Below are positions 7,569 through 16,073 of a DNA stretch of 41,005 bases, piece after piece. Source of the DNA: an uncultured Candidatus Peribacteria bacterium (GTDB lineage Bacteria; Patescibacteriota; Gracilibacteria; Peribacterales; Peribacteraceae); NCBI GenBank assembly GCA_964478005.1, contig CAYZGJ010000002.1, positions 1 through 41,005 on the forward strand. Reading direction: 5' to 3'. Each line of letters begins with the position of its first letter. The first letter of the stretch is position 1. Position numbers and translations under genes: made by a program. The notes beneath the pieces were generated by a model. It searched no databases. It was not told the DNA's origin and saw nothing but the letters and a program-made list of their open reading frames with translations.

Positions 7569-9782
7569 TCACTCCCCCGCGCACTCCGGCACGGTCCCCG
7601 TGAGGACCTCACAGCGCAGGGTGCTGGCAGCGTTCACGCACTGATCCTCTCCCATGCCGCCGTCCAGCGCGTTGGTACCGCCGCCGCCGTCCATGCGATC
7701 ATCCCCCATGCCCCCCAGAAGAATGTCATCGCCCGCGCCGCCGCACGCGACATCCTCTCCCATCCGTCCGTCGATCCGATCCTTCCCCGGACCGCCGAAC
7801 AGCTTGTCGTGTCCCATGCCGCCGTCCAGGTCATCGTCCCCCTCGCGGCCGTAGAGGATGTCCTCCCCCATGCCGCCCCGCAGCGTGTCGTTGCCGCTGC
7901 CGCCGTCCATCCAGTCATGCCCGAACCCGCCATCGATGGAGTCGTCCCCGCCCAGGCCGCAGATCACGTCATTGCCAGACCGCCCCTTGATATCGTCGGG
8001 GCCCTCCGTCCCTACGATGACGTCGTCGCCGAACGTGCCGCGCAGTTTCCCGTCATACACGTCGCCGTCATCGCGGCCGCCCACGATGATGCCGTCGCGG
8101 ACGTAGATCGTCGCCGTCTTCCCGTTGCACTGCGGCGCGGGTCCGCCCACGGGAGGCACGCTGCTCACGCTCGACGCGCTGCTCACGCTGCTCATCCCGG
8201 ATGACACCGAAGACCCTCCGCCGGGACACCCGTCGGCCAGCGTGCCGACTTCCGCCGCGGAAAGCGCCCGACCGTAGATGCGGACGTCATCCAGCGCGCC
8301 GCGGTAGCCGGGTTGCAGTTGATAGCCGCCCAAGAGCAGATCGTGCGGCGAGGCGATGCTGCCGACCGGTGCGGTGTGCGTTCCGATGAGGACGCCGTCG
8401 ACATAGGTGCGGATCGTCAGGTCGGATCCGTTGCGCTCGTAAACGCCCGCCACGTGGTGCCACTGGCCGTTGAGGACCGACGAGGCATGCGCCGTGTCAT
8501 GCGTGCCGCCGTCGCCGTAGCCGAAGAAATTCACGCGGCCGTCGGGATCCAGGAACAATCCCCAACCGCGGTGGCCGCCCGTCACCGGACCGAACGTGCC
8601 CAGCACACCGCGTCCTCCCTCTTCCGGCCGGAGGAAAGCGGAGACCGTGAAGGAACCGGTGCCGAAGGCGAAGTGCGTCCCCGCCACGCGCGTGCGGTCG
8701 TCGATACCGTCGTACGATGCCGCCCAGGGATTGTGCGACAGAACCGTCGCGCCGGTTACGTGCGCGGGCCCGTTCTCGTGCGTCCCATGGACGCCGCCGC
8801 TCACGGCATTCTGCGCCTGCGTGCCGGAGCCCTCGTCAAACTTCCAGTGCGCCATCAGGGTGCCGGCCGGGCACTGGCCCACGGGCGGCGCGCTGCTCAC
8901 GCTCGACACGCTGCTGACCATGCTGGAGGTGGTGCCGGGACTGCCTGGACTCGAGACGCTGCTGATGCTCGAGACGCTTCCGGGACTCCCCGGAGAGGAC
9001 ACGCTGCTGATGCTCGACAGGCTACTCATCATGCTGGATACGCTGCCCGGACTGGCCGGAGAGGACACGCTGCTGATGCTCGAGACGCTGCTGACGGAGG
9101 ACGCGGCCGTGCCGTAGTCGACCGTCACGAAGATTTGCGTGGCGCGCAGCCCGCTGTTGGAGTCATTGTTGGAAAAGAAGCCGACCTGCAGCGCATCGAC
9201 GCCCGCTTTCGTCCAGGCGGCTCCGGTGTGCGGATCCGTCGCATACGTCCGGCAGTACTGCGCGTACGGGGTATTGTTGCCGCTGCCGATCCCCGGCCAC
9301 TCCACCTTCGTGCCCCAGCTCTCGGTGGTGCCACTCTTGAGGCCGACGAATCCTCCCCGCTGGTCGGTATCCGCCCGGCGCATGACCGCGCAGAGCTGGA
9401 TGCTATTGATCACGGTCCCCGTGGCGAAGGCGGGATTCGTCAGCGTGTAGAGGTCTCCGTGATCATCGCCGGTTGTCTCCACGTAACTGGTGTCGCCGTC
9501 GTGGGACGGGCTGTCATCCAGGTTCGCCCACCGTGCGGGGCCCGCCACGGGCACGCCGGTGAAGGACTGGGCGGCATTCTCGCCGTCCTTATTATTGGGA
9601 ATCCCCTGTCCGACGGGAGTGTCGCCGGGACCGTTGGGATAGAGGATGGTCGTCGCCGCAGAGGCCGGCGTGACGGACCAGGAAGACAGGCTGCCCGCCA
9701 GCAGCGCCACCAGAAGGATGGCCGCCGCCGCGATTGCCATAACGCGCGATGATGGTGCAAAGGGTGCGAGCTCCATAGGCAT
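7569..9782 (-). CDS. Large secreted protein: signal peptide, N-terminal domain, Ser-rich linker, LamG/ConA-like lectin domain, Ser-rich linker, RTX (GGxGxD) calcium-binding repeats
   Basis: ATG 9782 (MPMELAPFAPSSRVMAIAAAAILLVALLAGSLSSWSVTPASA). The LamG-like segment HWKFDEGSG...LDDVRIYGRALSAAEV maps to about 8235-8860. RTX repeats GNDVICGLGGDDSIDGGFGHDWMDGGSGNDTLRGGMGEDILYG... map to about 7640-8040. Confidence 0.8.
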   Translation of the reverse strand: MPMELAPFAPSSRVMAIAAAAILLVALLAGSLSSWSVTPASAATTILYPNGPGDTPVGQGIPNNKDGENAAQSFTGVPVAGPARWANLDDSPSHDGDTSYVETTGDDHGDLYTLTNPAFATGTVINSIQLCAVMRRADTDQRGGFVGLKSGTTESWGTKVEWPGIGSGNNTPYAQYCRTYATDPHTGAAWTKAGVDALQVGFFSNNDSNSGLRATQIFVTVDYGTAASSVSSVSSISSVSSPASPGSVSSMMSSLSSISSVSSPGSPGSVSSISSVSSPGSPGTTSSMVSSVSSVSSAPPVGQCPAGTLMAHWKFDEGSGTQAQNAVSGGVHGTHENGPAHVTGATVLSHNPWAASYDGIDDRTRVAGTHFAFGTGSFTVSAFLRPEEGGRGVLGTFGPVTGGHRGWGLFLDPDGRVNFFGYGDGGTHDTAHASSVLNGQWHHVAGVYERNGSDLTIRTYVDGVLIGTHTAPVGSIASPHDLLLGGYQLQPGYRGALDDVRIYGRALSAAEVGTLADGCPGGGSSVSSGMSSVSSASSVSSVPPVGGPAPQCNGKTATIYVRDGIIVGGRDDGDVYDGKLRGTFGDDVIVGTEGPDDIKGRSGNDVICGLGGDDSIDGGFGHDWMDGGSGNDTLRGGMGEDILYGREGDDDLDGGMGHDKLFGGPGKDRIDGRMGEDVACGGAGDDILLGGMGDDRMDGGGGTNALDGGMGEDQCVNAASTLRCEVLTGTVPECAGE

Positions 9783-9958
9783 GGGTGGAAAGATATAAGG
9801 AGGGAACACATTCCAGACGGGGCGGGGCAGGGGCTCTGGCAGAGAAGGAAGAGGAAAATGGTCTGCAAGGACAATCCCGGCCGCATCCGCAGATTCGCAG
9901 GCACCGACCGCATTTGATCGACAGAACAACATGTTTGACGACGACGCAATACAGGAGA

Positions 9959-10714
9959 ATGCTCCATGCCATGGATTTCGCGTCGCATGTCATCAGTGGG
10001 GCGCTCTGTCAGTGGGAAAACACTGAACCTGACCTGGTGGCGAGCTGCGCCACGCTTGTGCCGTGCTTCCTACCAAGGAAACCCAAAATTGATGCCTCTT
10101 TACTATCAAAGGATCCTCGGATGCAATGGGGCTTCGCCCACTATCGCGCCATCAATGACCTCGTGCATGCCTCTCCTCAATTTCATACATGGGAAGAGGT
10201 CGTACGGCATCATGTCCGGGACCTGCCTCTCGGCAAGCACCCCAGTAATTGGGCGTATCACGTTCTCACGGAACAGATTATCGGCGGGCGTGCTCTTGAG
10301 CATCCAGCCTGGAAGAAACTCTTTCATGCCGCTTTGCAGCATCGCGAAGCAGTAATTGCTCTTCTGCACATTCCTGACGCGTTGCGCATGGAAAAAATGG
10401 ATATCGCCCATATTCTCAATCGAGTGTTTGATGTATTGGATCGTAATTATCTGCACTATCACCAAATGCCCCGCTTTGCACAGCGCTCCTTTAGCCGGCT
10501 CGCACGGACACACTCTCGTCAAATGGGAGAAGATGCCCAACGAATCGACCATCGTGATTGGCAATTGCAGCTGCATGACGCTATCGCCCGCGTACTGGAA
10601 CACATTCCCGCATGTGAGGTGCAACAATGGATCGCAAGACTGACCGCGGAGGTGCGCAAAGCCATGCGGCAGACATGTGCGCCCGACTCTGCTACACTGG
10701 GCATCCATCCATGA
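9959..10714 (+). CDS. Hypothetical His-rich protein in a lower-GC segment
   Basis: ATG 9959 (alternative 9971, MDFASHVISG) in ORF 9785..10714. No family recognised. Composition visibly more AT-rich than the flanks. Confidence 0.5.
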   Translation: MLHAMDFASHVISGALCQWENTEPDLVASCATLVPCFLPRKPKIDASLLSKDPRMQWGFAHYRAINDLVHASPQFHTWEEVVRHHVRDLPLGKHPSNWAYHVLTEQIIGGRALEHPAWKKLFHAALQHREAVIALLHIPDALRMEKMDIAHILNRVFDVLDRNYLHYHQMPRFAQRSFSRLARTHSRQMGEDAQRIDHRDWQLQLHDAIARVLEHIPACEVQQWIARLTAEVRKAMRQTCAPDSATLGIHP

Positions 10715-10747
10715 CCCCCGACCCCCCTCCCCTTCCCTCCCTCCACC

Positions 10748-11716
10748 ATGGCTGAGCTACTGCTCCTCGCCGTGGTCTTCGTGGTGCTCTCCGGGCTGAT
10801 GGCGCTCATCGAAGCGGCAATCCTCAGCATCTCGCGCGCGGAAGTGGAGGAGATGGTTGCGCAGGGAAAATCCGGTGCGCGGGCGCTCTACGCGCTCTCC
10901 ACCCGCCTCTCGCGGCCGCTGGTCGTGCTCGTCGTCCTCACGAACATCATCAACATCCTGGGGCCGATCCTGGTGGGACAGAAGGCTGTGGCACTGTACG
11001 GCTCCGTGGCCATCGGGGTGGTGACCGCGCTGCTGACGCTCGCCACCATCCTCTTCTCGGAGATCATCCCGAAGTCGCTGGGCACGCACTACGCGCCGCA
11101 GGTCAGCCGCCGCATCGCGCCGCTGCTGCGGTTGCTCACGTGGGTCCTCTTTCCGGTCGTGGTCCCGCTGGGGTGGCTAACCGACCGGCTCAAGCGGGGC
11201 GAGCGCACCATCGGGACCGAGGAACAGATCCGGTCGCTGACCCGCATCGGCCGCCGCGCGGGCCACATCGAGAGTGACGAGGGACAGATGATCCACCGCG
11301 CGTTCCTGCTGAATGACACCACCGCCGCGGACATCATGACGCCGATCACAGACGTCGTCAGCGTCTCGGAGAACGCGAGCATCCGCCGGGCGGCCGAACA
11401 GGTGTTCCGGCACACCTACTCGCGCTACCCCGTCCTCAGCGCCTCGCGCCACACCGTCCACGGCATCGTGCTGAGCCACGACATTCTGGAAGCGCTCTCC
11501 CTGGGCAAGGACGACGAACCCGTCTCCGCGATCATGCGGCCGCCGCTCCTGGTGCCCGCGTCCACCCGCTGCGACCGGCTGCTGGCCATCTTCCGGGACA
11601 AGCACATCCACCTGGCCGTGGTGCGCAGCGGACAGAAGACCGTCGGTCTCGTCACCCTGGAAGACGTGCTGGAAGAGCTGGTCGGCGAAATCGAAGACGA
11701 GCAGGATGAAGCGTGA
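10748..11716 (+). CDS. CNNM/HlyC-CorC family transporter (DUF21 membrane domain + CBS pair)
   Basis: LSISRAEVEEM...FSEIIPKSLG...TEEQIRSL...ESDEGQMIHRAFLLNDTTAADIMTP...LVTLEDVLEELVGEIEDE. Confidence 0.85.
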   Translation: MAELLLLAVVFVVLSGLMALIEAAILSISRAEVEEMVAQGKSGARALYALSTRLSRPLVVLVVLTNIINILGPILVGQKAVALYGSVAIGVVTALLTLATILFSEIIPKSLGTHYAPQVSRRIAPLLRLLTWVLFPVVVPLGWLTDRLKRGERTIGTEEQIRSLTRIGRRAGHIESDEGQMIHRAFLLNDTTAADIMTPITDVVSVSENASIRRAAEQVFRHTYSRYPVLSASRHTVHGIVLSHDILEALSLGKDDEPVSAIMRPPLLVPASTRCDRLLAIFRDKHIHLAVVRSGQKTVGLVTLEDVLEELVGEIEDEQDEA

Positions 11717-12311
11717 TATACTCGTCGCCATGCACCGCCTGCCCCCCCTCTCCGTCCTCTTCTCTCTGCTGCTCCTCTCCGCCTGCGCGGCTGCGCCCGG
11801 ACCGCGGGACGGGACGGGAACACAGATCCCGCCGGACGGCGACGGGGACATCGCGATCACGGAGCAATTGCCTGCGGGCACCTTTGGACGGGGAGAGAAC
11901 GGCTTCTCCGGCAGCTTCTTCGTGCGGGGTTTCGCCGTGACGGAGGAGCGACGGGAGCCCTTCTGCGAGCGCAATTGTGAGACATTCGAGTACGTCCTCT
12001 TCCGCGTCCTGGAGACGGGAAACGCCGACCTGCCCGACTACCTGCGGCAGCTCGCCGGCAACGCGTACGTGGCGGGGGACGCGCTCGGCCTGGGCTGCCG
12101 GACGGAGGACGGAGCGCTCCGGTACTTCAATGCGTCCGACGCGCGCGGGATGCGCGAGGAAACCCTCGGCGCCGGGAACGCCCGCCGCATCCTGGAGGCG
12201 ACCGCGGATGCCCCTGTCACCCTCTTCCTGGAGAAGCTGCCCTTCAGCGGCGGATCGGAAGCCCCGGCGTGCTACAGCCACTTCACGACGATCCGCGTGC
12301 GCAGTTCATGA
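11706..12311 (+). CDS. Hypothetical lipoprotein
   Basis: Signal peptide with lipobox LLLSAC. Overlaps the upstream stop by 11 nt (alternative start 11730). Confidence 0.6.
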   Translation: MKRDILVAMHRLPPLSVLFSLLLLSACAAAPGPRDGTGTQIPPDGDGDIAITEQLPAGTFGRGENGFSGSFFVRGFAVTEERREPFCERNCETFEYVLFRVLETGNADLPDYLRQLAGNAYVAGDALGLGCRTEDGALRYFNASDARGMREETLGAGNARRILEATADAPVTLFLEKLPFSGGSEAPACYSHFTTIRVRSS

Positions 12312-12429
12312 AGCACGCCCTGTCCGGGGAATGCCAGACCACAGAACGCAATTTCGAAAAGGGCCAACGATTGCCCGCCGGAGGGACAATCGCAAGAATA
12401 AACGATGAATCTGCGATTCCCCCCCACTC

Positions 12430-13530
12430 ATGACCATCGCTGCATCCCCCCGCCGTTCCGCGCGCCTCCTGACGCTCCTGATCGTCGGGGTCCTGGCGGC
12501 GTGCGCCCGGAGTGGACGGGAGGAGCTGCCGGACGGCCCCCTCCTGCTCCCGTCGCTGGATCTCATCCCGCTCGAGGAAACGGATGCCCGCTTCCCGGCG
12601 ACCGTCATCGGACAGCAAAACGGCAGGGACATCCACTCCTTCACCGCCGACGAGGTGGCGGCGGGGTGGGCGGCGCCCGCCAATGCGCACGTGCTCTACC
12701 TGGCCCCCTCCTCCCTCCCTGCCGGGCTGGACGTGCGGACGATGCACGGGGGCCCGGCGCTCTGGTCCGAAGTGCGCTACTGGGGCTACGAGTACTCGGG
12801 CAATGAAATCGCAAATCGCGATGCGGGCAAGACGGGACGCGCGCTCTTTGACGGGCGCTTCTGGCTCAGCCAGGGGGAACGCAACGTGACGCAGGATCTC
12901 TACGGCTACCTCCACACGCTGGAAACGGACGGATCGGAGATGCGGATGGCGCCCGATAAGCTCTATTACCTGATGGTGGACGGCGGCGCGGGCACCAACG
13001 GTAATCCGGGATTGCAGGGACGTCCCTTCCATGTGTGCGCCGGGGACAGCGCGGTGTGTGCGGCCGCCTTCCCATCGTCGGCTTCGTCTGCGTCCACCTC
13101 TGCGATATCGTCCGTTGCGGATTCCTCATCGGTTGCGCCCTCGTCGGCTTCTTCCATGGTCTCTTCGGTTGCGAGTGAAACGGCAAGCGTATCATCTTCC
13201 GCATCCTCGGAGTTGCTGTGCGGCAACGGTACCTTGGACCCGGGCGAAGTCTGCGACGACGGCAACACGGCGGGCGACGACGAGTGCTCGGCGGACTGTC
13301 TGTGCGATCACGGGGCAGTCGTGGACGCGTTCATGGCTGCGCACTGCGCGGAAGCGGTGACCAATGAGGAGACGCTGGAATGCTACAACGACATACTCGT
13401 GCTGTGGAACGGGCTGGGGAGCGAGACGCCGCCGCCCATTCCGGACGTCAACTGCAGCGGGACAGGCGACACAGCGGACGTTCTGCTGCTCACGCCGCTC
13501 ATGCTCTCCCGCTACCCCGTAGACGCATGA
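12430..13530 (+). CDS. Lipoprotein with Ser-rich linker, Cys-rich repeat (CGNGxxDxGExCDDGN type) and a dockerin/EF-hand-like loop
   Basis: Lipobox VLAAC. Ser-rich linker SSASSASTSAISSV.... LLCGNGTLDPGEVCDDGNTAGDDECSADC. DVNCSGTGDTADVLLL near the C-terminus. Confidence 0.7.
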   Translation: MTIAASPRRSARLLTLLIVGVLAACARSGREELPDGPLLLPSLDLIPLEETDARFPATVIGQQNGRDIHSFTADEVAAGWAAPANAHVLYLAPSSLPAGLDVRTMHGGPALWSEVRYWGYEYSGNEIANRDAGKTGRALFDGRFWLSQGERNVTQDLYGYLHTLETDGSEMRMAPDKLYYLMVDGGAGTNGNPGLQGRPFHVCAGDSAVCAAAFPSSASSASTSAISSVADSSSVAPSSASSMVSSVASETASVSSSASSELLCGNGTLDPGEVCDDGNTAGDDECSADCLCDHGAVVDAFMAAHCAEAVTNEETLECYNDILVLWNGLGSETPPPIPDVNCSGTGDTADVLLLTPLMLSRYPVDA

Positions 13531-15146
13531 CCTCCCTACGCCGACTCCTCAGCGCTCTCGCCGCCACCGCGGTGCTCCTGGCAGTACTCGCCGTGTCCGC
13601 GCGGCTGCTGCTCACCGCCAGCGTGACGGGGAACCGCCCGGCTTTCATCCGGGAACGGATGCAGCTGGGGGAAACCGGCTGCCCCACGCTGCCCGGAAAG
13701 ATCACGTTCTGGACGGACCTGCTGGCTGCGCGTCAGAGCAATGATGCGACGTTCGATGCCGACGGCAACGGGACGGTGAGCGTGGCGGACGCGATCCTCC
13801 TCCTCACGGCCCTGCTGCAGGTGCAGCGCGAATGCGGCGGACACTTCCTCTTCGCCACATCGCAGAGCTTCAGCCTGTCTCCGAATTTCTCACCTTCCAC
13901 CCAATGCCAGATAGCCGCTGCCCAGGCGGGTTTCGGCGGCTTGTGGATTCCGCTGCTCTCCACCAGCGCCCTCGATGCGCGCGATCGCATCACGGTCAAC
14001 GGCCCCGTCTACTCCACCCGCCCCATCGGGGGGCAACCGGGGCGCTACATGCTGCTGGCGGAAAACGCGGAGGAATTGTGGAGCGGCACGCTGCGCCATC
14101 CCGTCTGCAATGAATTCGGCGACTGCTCCACCATCCGGGCGGTCCGGACGGGGTCGCGGAGCGACGGGACGAAGCTGGGCGAGAGCGCGGCGGATTTCTG
14201 CGGCAACTGGACATCCACGACGGGGACGCCGACTGCCGTCGGGTACACGCACGATCTGTCCGACCTGGACGACGGCGTGCCCGGCGCGCCCAATGGCGAC
14301 TGGCTGCGCCGGGTAGGGGCGGTGCCGTCATCCTGCGCCAGCGCGAGCGCCCTCTACTGCTTCCAGCAGACCCAGACCTCCGTGTGCGGCAACGGCCACG
14401 ATGAGATCGGGGAGGAATGCGACTGGGGCGCTGGCAACCGCCTCACGTGCGCCGCTCCCTACGGCGGATCGTGTCAGATTTGTCATCCCGCCGATTGCAC
14501 GCTGCGCACCGTTGCCGGCGGCTTCTGCGGGGACGGCATCACGCAACATGTGGCGGATGGCGGACCGGAACTCTGCGACGGCGGCGAGGGTTGCGATGCG
14601 CAGTGCCACACGCCCGGGCAGATGGTGTTCACATCATTCGGCACTCCGCTCATTCTCGAGATCGGCGGCATTGCGGGAGCGGATGCGTTCTGCCAACAGG
14701 CCGCCGATAGCAGACAATTCCCCGGCACCTGGCGGGCCATCCTCTCCGACAGCCAGACCAACGCCCGGGACCGGATTCCGGTGAGCGGTCCCGTCTACAA
14801 TGCGCGCATGCGCCTGACGGACGCAGGCTACGTCTGGGACAAGCAGGTCGTCGCGCTCGACGCCCAGGAATTCTGGAGCGGCACCCTCCGTCATCCGCTG
14901 CACTACGACCAGAACGGTCTTCCCCTCTCTCCCCAGTCCCCCACCCCCGTTCTCACGGGTTCCGATGCGACGGGCAACAAGCTCGCCGCCGATCCCTCCG
15001 CCTTCTGCGGGGACTGGACGCAGGCCGTCGGCCAGGTGCCCTCCGGACAGGCGAGCGGCACCGGCAGTCTGTGGCTCTACGATCCGGCCGCTCCCGTCGC
15101 CTGCGACGGAGGCCGCGTCCGCCTCTACTGCATGAGCCTGCCGTAG
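13527..15146 (+). CDS. Membrane-anchored surface protein: EF-hand/dockerin-like loop, two endostatin/DUF1554-like (C-type-lectin-fold) domains separated by two Cys-rich repeats
   Basis: ATG 13527 with ATGA overlap to the upstream stop. FDADGNGTVSVADAILLL. Domains at about 13842-14369 and 14619-15137 (GADAFCQQAA..GTWRAILSD..VLTGSDATGNKL..FCGDWTQAVGQVPSGQASG..RLYCM). CGNGHDEIGEECD and CGDGITQ..ELCDGGEGCDAQC between them. Confidence 0.7.
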   Translation: MTSLRRLLSALAATAVLLAVLAVSARLLLTASVTGNRPAFIRERMQLGETGCPTLPGKITFWTDLLAARQSNDATFDADGNGTVSVADAILLLTALLQVQRECGGHFLFATSQSFSLSPNFSPSTQCQIAAAQAGFGGLWIPLLSTSALDARDRITVNGPVYSTRPIGGQPGRYMLLAENAEELWSGTLRHPVCNEFGDCSTIRAVRTGSRSDGTKLGESAADFCGNWTSTTGTPTAVGYTHDLSDLDDGVPGAPNGDWLRRVGAVPSSCASASALYCFQQTQTSVCGNGHDEIGEECDWGAGNRLTCAAPYGGSCQICHPADCTLRTVAGGFCGDGITQHVADGGPELCDGGEGCDAQCHTPGQMVFTSFGTPLILEIGGIAGADAFCQQAADSRQFPGTWRAILSDSQTNARDRIPVSGPVYNARMRLTDAGYVWDKQVVALDAQEFWSGTLRHPLHYDQNGLPLSPQSPTPVLTGSDATGNKLAADPSAFCGDWTQAVGQVPSGQASGTGSLWLYDPAAPVACDGGRVRLYCMSLP

Positions 15147-15166
15147 GTAGATTACCATCGGTATTT

Positions 15167-15175
15167 GTGGTATCA
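15167..15175 (+). promoter_or_regulatory. Extended -10 promoter element (TGgTATCAT) 8 nt upstream of ATG 15184
   Basis: ttgTGgTATCATacaaggaATG. No convincing -35. Confidence 0.35.
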
Positions 15176-15183
15176 TACAAGGA

Positions 15184-15990
15184 ATGCTCTCCGCGTACCG
15201 ATGGTCCATCCTGACCGGCCTCTGCACCGCTTTGCTCGTGGGCGGCTCGCTGACCGCGTACATCACGCCGGGAGACTTTCTGGAATCCCAGGCTCCGCCC
15301 CTCGTTCCATCCTCGGCGCCGTCGCTCACGCCGCTGCCGCCGCTCCCCGCGCTCTTCGCCCAGGCTGCTTCCTCTACCTCCTCCACGCTCCCGCTCCCCA
15401 CTCTCTTCCCCCAGCCATCTTCCGCTGCCTCGAGCGTCCTGCTCCCCGTGCTCCCCGGCGCATCGTCCGCGCACGCAGGGGGTGGCGGCGGGGGGAATAC
15501 CGGCGGAGGAGGAGGGGGAGGCCGCGGCATGACGATTGTCCGGAGCAGCGAGCGGAGCACGAGCACGTGGTTCCCCAATCCGGCTCCGTCGCCGGGCGCG
15601 TGGTCCGACACCTTCCCGCCCGCCGGCACCGCCGTCGCCCCGGCCTACGATGCGTACTACGAGAGGATCGCGGGCTCCGCCCTGCATGAAGCGGTCACCA
15701 CCCCGGGCCCGGTCACGGCCGCCGCTCCGCTGCAGCCCCTCCCCCCGCCCTCCTCCGCGCCGCTCCTCTCCTCTGCGCCATCTGCTTCCTCCGCTCCGCC
15801 GGTCGCTGTCGCCGCCCTTCCCGCCGCGCCCGCTCCCCCGTCCGCCGTCACCGCAGCCGTCGCCCCCGGCGTCCACGCGGGCGCCGTGCCGCTGCCTGCT
15901 TCCGGCGCTCCGTACCTCCTCACGCTGCTGCTGATCCTCCCGGCGGCATGGCTCGTGCTGCGGTCCGTCCGCCGCGCAGAGCGGTGGTGA
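15184..15990 (+). CDS. Pro/Ser/Ala-rich surface protein with N-terminal signal/anchor and C-terminal LPxSG-like sorting signal
   Basis: C-terminus is LPASG + hydrophobic stretch (APYLLTLLLILPAAWLVL) + RSVRRAERW. Internal poly-Gly tract. Low-complexity body. Confidence 0.6.
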   Translation: MLSAYRWSILTGLCTALLVGGSLTAYITPGDFLESQAPPLVPSSAPSLTPLPPLPALFAQAASSTSSTLPLPTLFPQPSSAASSVLLPVLPGASSAHAGGGGGGNTGGGGGGGRGMTIVRSSERSTSTWFPNPAPSPGAWSDTFPPAGTAVAPAYDAYYERIAGSALHEAVTTPGPVTAAAPLQPLPPPSSAPLLSSAPSASSAPPVAVAALPAAPAPPSAVTAAVAPGVHAGAVPLPASGAPYLLTLLLILPAAWLVLRSVRRAERW

Positions 15991-16005
15991 TCCGCACCGC
16001 CCCCC

Positions 16006-16034
16006 TTGAAGCAAGCGCCTGTTTTTGCTATACT
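16006..16034 (+). promoter_or_regulatory. Sigma70-type promoter TTGAAG-17-TATACT
   Basis: TTGAAG (16006-16011), 17-nt spacer, TATACT (16029-16034). Lies 39 nt upstream of ATG 16074. Confidence 0.55.
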
Positions 16035-16073
16035 GTCTGGATTTCCCACACACACATCTCTCCACACACCTCT

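Noticed and set aside
6155-7612. Long antisense or off-frame ORFs listed in the track. Examples are 6155..7612(-), 8313..9752(+), 14953..16065(-), 18136..19317(+), 19578..20906(+), 23810..25078(+), 36152..37372(+) and 37889..38917(-).
   Set aside because: They lie opposite or out of frame to genes with unmistakable conserved products (dprA, the RTX protein, rpoA, rpsD/K/M, secY, ALDH, lysS). Their translations are Arg/Gly/Ala/Pro-rich, which is typical of shadow ORFs in high-GC DNA.
13380-13530. A frameshift splitting one original gene into 12430..13530 and 13527..15146. The downstream frame is open from 13380, and dockerin-like half-sites lie on both sides.
   Set aside because: The downstream protein begins with its own ATG in an ATGA overlap followed by a proper hydrophobic signal/anchor. 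The two dockerin-like loops would be about 80 residues apart, too far for a single dockerin module. Two coupled genes is the simpler reading.
13842-15137. Diversity-generating retroelement target (C-type-lectin-fold domains repeated in one protein).
   Set aside because: The two domains are divergent at the protein level rather than a near-identical template/variable repeat pair with adenine-specific differences. No reverse transcriptase is in the window.
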